The position numbers were made by a program, and so were the translations under genes. Source: Minisyncoccota bacterium (lineage in GTDB: Bacteria > Patescibacteriota > Minisyncoccia > Phycocordibacterales > SBAW01). Taken from it: DNA of 64,000 bases. Within the stretch, counting starts at the first letter, position 1. Each line of letters begins with the position of its first letter. Under the pieces are notes generated by a model. The model was given only the letters and a program-made list of their open reading frames with translations, had not been told where the DNA came from and did not search any database. The stretch is taken from the NCBI GenBank assembly GCA_035546575.1, contig DASZWN010000002.1, positions 257,056 through 321,055 on the forward strand. The letters run 5' to 3'. Below are positions 18,495-28,624 of the stretch, piece after piece.

Positions 18495-19469
18495 TTATAT
18501 AGAGAAGCTATTTGGGTCAAAAGTGTTTTCGTCTTTTGTTTTTTCTTCAAGGCTCCGGTCATCGAGTGCTTGCGCGGGCGCAACGTCTGAAGCTAGAGGC
18601 TCTTCAGGGCTCGGGGTGTGCTCAACTTCCTTGCCTTGCGCGATGCGGCTTGCAAGCGCGCCAAACAGTACTCTAAGATCGTCCTCGTTGGTAAAATCGA
18701 TAGAGAGTTTACCGCCCCGCTCTTTTGGCTCAATAGCTACGCGCGTACCAAGTGCCTGAGTTAATTCGCGCTCCATTTCTAGTATTTCTGGCGCATAGAG
18801 ATACTCCTTTTTGCGCACTTTATCAAATGCAATGCGTCTTGCGATCGATTCTGTATCGCGCACTGTGAGTCGCTTGAGCATGATTTCCTTAAATAACGTG
18901 GTCTGCTCTTCCGGCCGCTCGGCAAGCATTAAAAGCGGGCGGGTATGGCCTTCGGAAATCTTGCCGTCGGCAAGCGCCTGCTGCATGTCCTCAGGGAGCC
19001 CGAGCAAACGGATGGTGTTGGAGACATACTCGCGGCTCTTCCCCACCCTTGCCGCAACCTCCGTGTGCTTAAACCCGAAGTCATTCACCAGTTGCGCAAA
19101 AGCTTTGGCACGATCTATCGGGTTGAGGTCCTCGCGCTGCAGGTTCTCTATTATTGCGAGTTCGAGCTTTGTTTTGTCATCGTCAAAAGAGTCGCGGATA
19201 AGTACCGGTACTTGCGCAATACCCGCGAGCTTTGCCGCGCGCAGGCGGCGCTCGCCGGCAATCAACTCATACTCTGCAGCCAAGCCGCCGCCCTCCTTCT
19301 CTACCTCGCGGCGCGAGACGGTAAGCGGCTGTATCACGCCATATTGGCGCACCGAGTTGGCCAGATCGCGCAGCTTTGCCTCGTCAAACTCTTTGCGGGG
19401 TTGGAAAGGATTCGGCTTTATTTTGTCTACCTCGACCCAAAAAATCGCATTGTTGTAAAAGCCTGACAT
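18495..19469 (-). CDS. parB: chromosome partitioning protein ParB/Spo0J
   Basis: ParB box (VIQPLTVSRRE...LIAGERRLRAAKLAG); start re-derived at 19469, since the ORF-track extension reads through a repeat. Confidence 0.85.
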   Translation of the reverse strand: MSGFYNNAIFWVEVDKIKPNPFQPRKEFDEAKLRDLANSVRQYGVIQPLTVSRREVEKEGGGLAAEYELIAGERRLRAAKLAGIAQVPVLIRDSFDDDKTKLELAIIENLQREDLNPIDRAKAFAQLVNDFGFKHTEVAARVGKSREYVSNTIRLLGLPEDMQQALADGKISEGHTRPLLMLAERPEEQTTLFKEIMLKRLTVRDTESIARRIAFDKVRKKEYLYAPEILEMERELTQALGTRVAIEPKERGGKLSIDFTNEDDLRVLFGALASRIAQGKEVEHTPSPEEPLASDVAPAQALDDRSLEEKTKDENTFDPNSFSI

Positions 19470-19499
19470 AAACGATATTCTAACACAGCAGAGTAGTTT

Positions 19500-19558
19500 G
19501 CCGGAGTGGCGGAACCTGCCTGCCGGCAGGCAGGTTGGTATACGCGCACGACTCAAAA
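19500..19558 (+). repeat. duplicated 5' half of tRNA-Leu(CAA) (nt 1-38), interrupted by the 20 bp palindrome A
   Basis: GCCGGAGTGGCGGAA-[CCTGCCTGCCGGCAGGCAGG]-TTGGTATACGCGCACGACTCAAAA is identical to 19803-19843 apart from the insertion. Confidence 0.85.
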
Positions 19559-19568
19559 GAGACGATGT

Positions 19569-19802
19569 ATGTATTACGTATACGCCATCAAAAGTAGCCT
19601 TAGAAACTATCTGTACGTCGGCCTAACTGCGGATATTGAGAGACGATTAAGTGAGCACAATAAAGGCCGAAATAAAACGACTCGACCATATAGACCATTT
19701 ACGCTAGTGTATAGCGAGGCCTTGTCGGATAGAAGGTCGGCAAGGAGTAGAGAAAAATACCTTAAATCAGGAGTTGGTAAGGAATTCCTGAAAAATAAAT
19801 AA
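19569..19802 (+). CDS. small GIY-YIG nuclease-domain protein (COG2827/YhbQ-like)
   Basis: MYYVYAIKSS...YVGLTADIERRLSEHNKG; sits between the duplicated tRNA half and the intact tRNA-Leu. Confidence 0.7.
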   Translation: MYYVYAIKSSLRNYLYVGLTADIERRLSEHNKGRNKTTRPYRPFTLVYSEALSDRRSARSREKYLKSGVGKEFLKNK

Positions 19803-19884
19803 GCCGGAGTGGCGGAATTGGTATACGCGCACGACTCAAAATCGTGTCTCGCAAGGGATGGGAGTTCGACTCTCCCCTCCGGCA
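19803..19884 (+). tRNA. tRNA-Leu(CAA)
   Basis: long variable arm, anticodon loop CTCAAAA, T-loop GTTCGACTC. Confidence 0.8.
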
Positions 19885-19949
19885 CAACGTTTATTTTCCA
19901 CTAGTTTATGATATTGTGCTGCTAGCTCGAACCTTGAAGGAGATATTCC

Positions 19950-20669
19950 GTGGCTTCAACAAGACTGGTTTTCGCATGTGACGTGAGTGAGCCTGGTCTA
20001 GGACGCCATCTGATTAACCTGGCGGCTCCTGAGATAGACGTCGTTAAGACCGGCCTCGAGGCAATGACTGCCGAGGACGACATGGGCGAGACTCTTGCGA
20101 GAGGATTTCGCATCAGAGCCCAGGAGCTTGGGAAAGGTTGCATGTGGGACATGAAGCTTCTCGACATCGGCAATACAATGGCCGCTGCAGTGCGCAACAT
20201 CGTGCGACATGGCTCGACCCTTTTCACCCTCCATGCCATGGCCAGCAACGACGCACTGCAAGCAGTGGTGCAAGCCACAGCTGGCACAAAATCTCTGCCG
20301 CTCGCGGTCACGGTCTTGACCGACTTGGACGATCCGCAGTGTATCTCACGCTTTGGAGTTGATTCCAACACGTCAGTACTGCATTTCGCGAAGATCGCCT
20401 ACGATTGCGGTATTCGCGGATTTGTCTGCTCAGCAAAAGAAGCGAGGGCAATTCGCGATAAATTCCCCGACGTCGTAATCGTCACGCCGGCTATCCGCCC
20501 GTTATGGGCAGTCGGTAAAGATGAGCAGAAGCGGGTTACTACCCCGACCGAGGCAGCGCAAGCTGGGGCTGACTATATCGTCGTCGGTCGGCCTATCTCG
20601 AATCCGCCACTTTCCATGAATCACCGCCAGGCCGCCCGTGAGATCCGCGAGGAACTCTTGGCAGCCTGA
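19950..20669 (+). CDS. pyrF: orotidine 5'-phosphate decarboxylase (GTG start)
   Basis: DMKLLDIGNT motif; RBS GAAGGAGA. Confidence 0.85.
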   Translation: MASTRLVFACDVSEPGLGRHLINLAAPEIDVVKTGLEAMTAEDDMGETLARGFRIRAQELGKGCMWDMKLLDIGNTMAAAVRNIVRHGSTLFTLHAMASNDALQAVVQATAGTKSLPLAVTVLTDLDDPQCISRFGVDSNTSVLHFAKIAYDCGIRGFVCSAKEARAIRDKFPDVVIVTPAIRPLWAVGKDEQKRVTTPTEAAQAGADYIVVGRPISNPPLSMNHRQAAREIREELLAA

Positions 20670-20768
20670 ATCAATACCGCGCTCCGCCGACTACAATCGG
20701 CAGAGCGCTTTCTTTTTTATACCCAAATGATATGCTCTCCGCAGTTTGTTCCAACCCGGAGAAAAACG

Positions 20769-21425
20769 ATGAACTTCTTGAAGACATTCAAGGAATTGGG
20801 TGCCATCTGGCAGCACGACAGGCACCCCGATCGGCCTTACGCGCTTCTTACGTCGGGCAAAATCAGCGATTTCTTCTTCAATGCGAGCAAGGTGATCGAG
20901 CAGCCACGCGTGCTCGGCGCAGTATCCGACGAGCTCGTGCGCCTGGCGAAGCAGGAAGATCCGGAGCTCTCTCCCGACTTTGTGGTCGGTCCCGCGCAAG
21001 GAGCTATTAGCCTTGCACATGAGGTGGCTGGTTCCTTGCCACCGGCACGCTCCTGGTTTACTGAGCTACCCAAGAATCCCGAAGATGGCACGGATCAGGA
21101 GCTTTTGCGTTTCGAGCCTGGCAGCGAAGCCCTGCTTGGCGTGCGAGTCGAAGATGTGGTGACAACTGGCGGCAGTGCGATGAAGACGAAAGACGCAGTG
21201 TTGCGTCGAAATTCGGCCGTTAAGTTCGCTCCCTTTCTGCTATGCATCGTGAATCGCTCAGGTTCGCCGACGCTTAGCGATGGGACAAAAATCATCTCGC
21301 TCATCTCCGTCACCCCCAAGACCTGGGATCGCGGGTCCAACCCGTTTGTCCCGGGCCGCGGAGAACTGGTGGAGCCTGTACGGCCCAAGGTAAACTGGGA
21401 CGCACTCACTCGTGCATACGACTAG
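20769..21425 (+). CDS. pyrE: orotate phosphoribosyltransferase
   Basis: PRTase motif VEDVVTTGGS; start re-derived at MNFLKT. Confidence 0.75.
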   Translation: MNFLKTFKELGAIWQHDRHPDRPYALLTSGKISDFFFNASKVIEQPRVLGAVSDELVRLAKQEDPELSPDFVVGPAQGAISLAHEVAGSLPPARSWFTELPKNPEDGTDQELLRFEPGSEALLGVRVEDVVTTGGSAMKTKDAVLRRNSAVKFAPFLLCIVNRSGSPTLSDGTKIISLISVTPKTWDRGSNPFVPGRGELVEPVRPKVNWDALTRAYD

Positions 21426-21509
21426 AAAAAGCTTAGGAAGAGCTGTTGCGCTTCGCCCATACAGGGCGGAGCGCTTTCTTTTTATACATACATTCGCTAG
21501 ATTGAAGCC

Positions 21510-22418
21510 GTGCACAAGCCAAAAATCATCGCTATCGTTGGTCCTACCGCCTCGGGCAAGTCTGCCCTTGGTATTTTTCTCGCGCAAAAGCTCAGGCGCC
21601 TGCCTGCCGGTAGGCAGGGCGAGATCATCTCTGCCGATTCTCGGCAGGTATACAAAGGCCTCGATATAGGGACCGGCAAAGTAACCAAAAAAGAGATGGC
21701 TGGTATTTCCCACCACCTGCTTGATGTGGCCTCACCTAAAAAAGTATTTACTGTCGACGACTTTATAAAAAAAGCCTCTGCTACAATCACTACCATATAT
21801 GGTAGTGGCCATACGCCGATTATTGTGGGTGGTACCGGCTTGTATATCGATGCGCTTCTGGGCCGCATAAGCATCCCCAGCGTACCGCCCAACGAAGAGC
21901 TACGTACGCAGCTGGAGAAAAAGAGTGCTACTACGCTATTGAAAATACTCCAAAGACTCGACCCCGAGCGCGCTGAAACAGTCGACCAAAAAAACCCTCG
22001 CAGGCTTGTCCGCGCTATCGAGATAGCCAGGGCAATCGGCAAAACTCCGCCCAAAAAAATCGAGGAAAAGTACGAGATCCTATGGCTCGGCCTGAATCCG
22101 TCTGACCAGGTACTCAAGAAAAATATCCATACTCGCCTGCTTGTCCGCATGAAATTAGGAATGGTCGCCGAAGCTAAACGACTTCACGCACAAGGCCTTT
22201 CCTACAAACGCATGCGGGAGCTCGGGCTCGAGTATCGATATCTTGCAATGTACTTGCAAGATACATTAACTAGAGGCGATTTTGAAATACAGCTTGAGCG
22301 CGCCATCTGGCACTACGCCAAACGCCAGCGCACTTGGTTTAAGCGCAATCAAGAGATCCATTGGATAAAAAACAAAACAGAAGCCCTACGGCTAGCAAAA
22401 GGCTTCCTTTCACGCTAA
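21510..22418 (+). CDS. miaA: tRNA dimethylallyltransferase (GTG start), with an in-frame palindrome A (RRLPAGRQ) after the P-loop region
   Basis: IIAIVGPTASGKS ... ISADSRQVYKGLDIGTGK. Confidence 0.9.
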   Translation: MHKPKIIAIVGPTASGKSALGIFLAQKLRRLPAGRQGEIISADSRQVYKGLDIGTGKVTKKEMAGISHHLLDVASPKKVFTVDDFIKKASATITTIYGSGHTPIIVGGTGLYIDALLGRISIPSVPPNEELRTQLEKKSATTLLKILQRLDPERAETVDQKNPRRLVRAIEIARAIGKTPPKKIEEKYEILWLGLNPSDQVLKKNIHTRLLVRMKLGMVAEAKRLHAQGLSYKRMRELGLEYRYLAMYLQDTLTRGDFEIQLERAIWHYAKRQRTWFKRNQEIHWIKNKTEALRLAKGFLSR

Positions 22419-22430
22419 TATAGCGCCATT

Positions 22431-22504
22431 GGGCGCTTAGTTTAGTGGTAGAACAGCGGTCTCCAAAACCGCTAGTGGGGGTTCGATTCCCTCAGCGCCC
22501 GCCA
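22431..22504 (+). tRNA. tRNA-Trp(CCA)
   Basis: anticodon loop CTCCAAA; CCA end encoded. Confidence 0.8.
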
Positions 22505-22509
22505 AGGTA

Positions 22510-22668
22510 TTATTTCTTAGCCTCTTTGTGCACGGTTTGAGCCCGGCACCATTTGCAGTACTTTTTGAGCTCTATCTTGCGCTCGACAAGCTTCTTGTTC
22601 TTTGAGCTCCAATAGTTGATCCGCTTGCACTTGGTGCAGGCGAGTTTTATGAGTCTATCTTGTGACAT
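22510..22668 (-). CDS. rpmG: 50S ribosomal protein L33
   Basis: hand-translated MSQDRLIKLACTKCKRINYWSSKNKKLVERKIELKKYCKWCRAQTVHKEAKK, with the L33 Cys4 pattern; under the ORF-track size cutoff. Confidence 0.75.
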   Translation of the reverse strand: MSQDRLIKLACTKCKRINYWSSKNKKLVERKIELKKYCKWCRAQTVHKEAKK

Positions 22669-22706
22669 GGCAGAGAGAATATACCCTATAACCCCTTATT
22701 TGGCAA

Positions 22707-23297
22707 CTAAAACTGCATGGCACCTTGGCAAAAGCTGAAACCAAGATTTTGTCCTGCATACAAAGGATTAACTCTCCAAGAAACACTCACCGTATATTTA
22801 AGTTGACACATTTGCGCTTCTGATAACCCAAGCTTGCTCATAAGGAATTTCTCCATATCTTGTCTTACTGTGCCAATTGGTTCCTGCAATAAATCAATAG
22901 TAAAAGTCTGATCTTGGTCTATATACTCTATAACATATGGGGGATTATCGCTGGCAGTAGGATCATCAATACCCTCATTAACATGTGGTCCTATGTAATA
23001 GTGACCAGGGTTTAGTGGATCTTTTGTAGTTGCTGGGTCATTTTTAAAGTCCTTTGCGGCTATTACTCCTCCTCCATATGCCTGTATTGAGCTTTGAGTG
23101 TTTGTTTGAGATGACGAATTAGATCCTGACGGTGAGTTAGTCACAACCGAAGTATTATTACCCGTACCTAGAGTTGTGGGATTATTGGTATTAGTATCAG
23201 GCTCACTCGAAGTGCCCGATATTAATTTCAAAAATATAAACGCGCATATTCCGATAATTACTACCGCCGCTATGATAATAGTTATGAGTTTATTCAT
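22707..23297 (-). CDS. membrane-anchored Ser/Thr/Asn-rich protein (AT-rich islet)
   Basis: N-terminal TM, low-complexity linker, C-terminal globular part; about 40% GC against roughly 55% in flanking DNA. Confidence 0.45.
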   Translation of the reverse strand: MNKLITIIIAAVVIIGICAFIFLKLISGTSSEPDTNTNNPTTLGTGNNTSVVTNSPSGSNSSSQTNTQSSIQAYGGGVIAAKDFKNDPATTKDPLNPGHYYIGPHVNEGIDDPTASDNPPYVIEYIDQDQTFTIDLLQEPIGTVRQDMEKFLMSKLGLSEAQMCQLKYTVSVSWRVNPLYAGQNLGFSFCQGAMQF

Positions 23298-23303
23298 ATA
23301 AAT

Positions 23304-24794
23304 TTAGTAGCCTCCATATTTGTCTACACACGCTTGAGATTGAGTATTGTCAGAATTCTGCACCCAAGGTTTATATCCGTCTTGTTGAACAAGGTATGCG
23401 GTTGTTTGAGCATTGCATAGATAGTTGTTAGCGGCTTCGAAACACGGTTGGCAGGCTGCAGTTTTAACTGCAACTCCATTTGCTCCTTTACACATTGCAG
23501 GACAGTTAAGTTCTCCTGTGGGGCTACAAGCAGATCCTACCAGCTTGTTTACTGTAATCATTACTTGCTGCGTGCCACAGGCATTACCATTACAACCAGT
23601 TGATCTGCCGCTATTCTCGGTCATAGCAATGCAAGACATCACATTAGCTTGCGCTGAGGTCAAACCTGCACTCATATAGGTATCTACACTGCAGTTAAGG
23701 TTAGTACATTGAGTCCCCGACCCTCCTTTGCTAGTCCTCCTAATCATAACCGGCTGCGCTATAACACTACCTTGAGCATTAACGCAGGCTTCCTGCTTGT
23801 CGTTATACGTACCCTGCTCGCAGGTAGCCACAACTTCTGTTGCAAGGACTGTGAGTTGAGCGCCTGGCGTACCCAGCACCTGTGTAAGAAGATCCCCAAT
23901 ATTTTTTCCTGTCGGCCTATCATCATTGTCTACGCATTCGATTTTATTCCACCCTTGGAAATACTTATCATTTAAGATCCCGTGCAAGATTGTTTCAATA
24001 ATAAGATAAGCGCCTAGAGCTACTACAAATCCTATAATGGCACTACTAAATATCGCTTTTGCATGCTCAATGTTGTGAAGATTGGTTGCAGAGGTGTAGT
24101 ACAACACTCCTGCCCACGCAAAGAGCGCCATCGCAATAGGAATGGAGAGACCAATTGCAAAGTTAATCACATTTTGTATGAGGCTCACTACACTGCAGGC
24201 TTGGCAGTCGGTGCCATTACATGGGATAAGACCACTTATCTGTCCGGAATTTGAGTTAGTAACACTATTACTTGTACCAGTAGTATTGGCTGATGTGTTA
24301 GTAGTATTGTTAGAATTGAGACTCGATCCTAGACTCCCCGCTTGAGGCGATTGCCCAGCAGCCTGAGATGACTGTTGCTGCGTAGAAGTAGGTTGAGGAT
24401 TTGGTACTACGGCTGGAGCGTCGGGACCGCCGATGTGGACTCTACCCTGAAGGTCGATGTAATTAGTTACTAGGAAATTACCGTCAGGATTTTTGATGTC
24501 TTGCCGGGTGCCAAGCTTGGTACCGGACGTATTCTTCCAGTCGGTGTACGTATAGACAAAGTTCGGCTGCGGCGAATCTATGGCAGATATAGCGCCATGC
24601 GTATCAATAAAATTACTAAAATATCTCCCGCTTATTACATCGTGCAAACCCTGTATTGTACCAACACCGTCACGGCCGGAATATGCGGTGTAAAAATAAT
24701 CGTTTGGAGACATCGGGGCAGCAAGAGCCATCAGCGGCAACAGGAGCCCGATACATGACGCAAAAAAGAGCAGGACACGGCGTCTAAAAGCCAT
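23304..24794 (-). CDS. secreted Cys-rich protein with an embedded VirB2/TrbC-like two-helix pilin-like domain
   Basis: signal peptide; S/T/N-rich linker; IQNVINFAIGLSIPIAMALFAWAGVLYY...AIFSSAIIGFVVALGAYLIIETIL matches the two-helix paralogs at 36007-37500; C-terminus has more than 20 Cys. Confidence 0.5.
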   Translation of the reverse strand: MAFRRRVLLFFASCIGLLLPLMALAAPMSPNDYFYTAYSGRDGVGTIQGLHDVISGRYFSNFIDTHGAISAIDSPQPNFVYTYTDWKNTSGTKLGTRQDIKNPDGNFLVTNYIDLQGRVHIGGPDAPAVVPNPQPTSTQQQSSQAAGQSPQAGSLGSSLNSNNTTNTSANTTGTSNSVTNSNSGQISGLIPCNGTDCQACSVVSLIQNVINFAIGLSIPIAMALFAWAGVLYYTSATNLHNIEHAKAIFSSAIIGFVVALGAYLIIETILHGILNDKYFQGWNKIECVDNDDRPTGKNIGDLLTQVLGTPGAQLTVLATEVVATCEQGTYNDKQEACVNAQGSVIAQPVMIRRTSKGGSGTQCTNLNCSVDTYMSAGLTSAQANVMSCIAMTENSGRSTGCNGNACGTQQVMITVNKLVGSACSPTGELNCPAMCKGANGVAVKTAACQPCFEAANNYLCNAQTTAYLVQQDGYKPWVQNSDNTQSQACVDKYGGY

Positions 24795-24839
24795 GCACTA
24801 ATCATAGCACCAGTTTTTGGTGCAAACCCTAGGGTGTGT

Positions 24840-24923
24840 GCGCCGGGCAGGATTCGAACCTGCGTAGCCCGAAGGCGACAGATTTACAGTCTGTTGTAAT
24901 TGACCACTCTACCACCGACGCGT
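24840..24923 (-). tRNA. tRNA-Tyr(GTA)
   Basis: anticodon stem-loop ACAGA-CTGTAAA-TCTGT, long variable arm, T-loop GGTTCGAATCC. Confidence 0.65.
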
Positions 24924-24961
24924 GGGAGAACCTCTATAAAATACTCTATAAATCCAAAAAC

Positions 24962-24991
24962 TAAAAGGCACCCTAGAAGGGTGCCTTTTGT
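24962..24991. terminator. bidirectional hairpin terminator (clpB 3' end)
   Basis: AAAAGGCACCCTAGAAGGGTGCCTTTT. Confidence 0.75.
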
Positions 24992-25005
24992 CTATTATTT
25001 TAATT

Positions 25006-27705
<2,700 letters not shown>

Positions 27706-27717
27706 ATATATAGTGTA

Positions 27718-28536
27718 TTACGAACTAACGGGAGCGCCAGTGGTGCTGGGAGGAGGGTTTGCAGGTGCTTGAACAGTTGCTTTTTGCTGCGCTGCGAGCG
27801 TGTAGGAACCTGCGTCGTTGTCTGCGGTATAGATCCCTATCACTTCTCCGAACAGAGTCATCAAAACGGAGCCCGAGGTTGCAGAGGATACGCTTGCCTG
27901 TATGAGATTTGGATTATCTTTGCTCGGGAGGGTCGCTATGACACCGCTTCCAACGGTATCGGCACCGCCGCCGCCTATTCTTATTACACTTTGGCCGAGA
28001 GAAAGTTTCGTGGCGTCGGCAAGCACAGCAGGAGCAAATCCGGTCGAGGTTCCTACTGCCACGTCTATATATAAGAGCGATGTCGTAGTTGCTGCCGTGC
28101 GCGGAACTGCCGCAAATCGCTCGCCCGACGGGAGGATTGCCTCAAACTCGGTTGCTGTTGACGCAGTAAGTGCCGACTTGTCGGTGATCGCGGCGCCTTT
28201 GCTGTCGATAATCAGCCCGCGAGCAATCAAGGTATCGCCGCCCTTTGCGACAATGCGGATCATGCTTTTTTGCACTTTTGCTATCGACTGAGCCGCGAGG
28301 TCGTCGTCTTTTACTACCACCGTCTTTTCGGTCGTGGTGACCGCTGCGGCACCCTGGGTAGCCGGGATAACCTTTTCTACCGTATGCTCGACAATCTGAT
28401 TAACCACCCTGGTGACCCCTGCCGGCGCCTGATCCATCAATGAAACGGTGACGATACCGGTTGCTATAGATGTGACGAACGAGACCAGAAGTGTGAGCAG
28501 AATGATTTGGTGTTTAGTCAGTTGCTCGAGGTTCAT
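27718..28536 (-). CDS. membrane-anchored protein with a degenerate trypsin-like (S1C/HtrA-like) domain
   Basis: N-terminal TM; SATSGSVLMTLFGEVIGIY resembles GNSGGPL..G.VIGI. Confidence 0.4.
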   Translation of the reverse strand: MNLEQLTKHQIILLTLLVSFVTSIATGIVTVSLMDQAPAGVTRVVNQIVEHTVEKVIPATQGAAAVTTTEKTVVVKDDDLAAQSIAKVQKSMIRIVAKGGDTLIARGLIIDSKGAAITDKSALTASTATEFEAILPSGERFAAVPRTAATTTSLLYIDVAVGTSTGFAPAVLADATKLSLGQSVIRIGGGGADTVGSGVIATLPSKDNPNLIQASVSSATSGSVLMTLFGEVIGIYTADNDAGSYTLAAQQKATVQAPANPPPSTTGAPVSS

Positions 28537-28624
28537 ACAGTTAGCCTTATTCTATCACTAAAAGTAGAAATCGCCAGGCCCGCGAGGGTCTGGCGATTGT
28601 TTTTGGAGCGAAAGTCAGATTGGT

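Noticed and set aside
19470-19556. N-terminal 29 aa extension of parB in the ORF track (MSRARIPTCLPAGRF...)
   Set aside because: It reads through the duplicated tRNA half and palindrome A. ParB homology begins at MSGFYNNAIF (the ATG at 19469).
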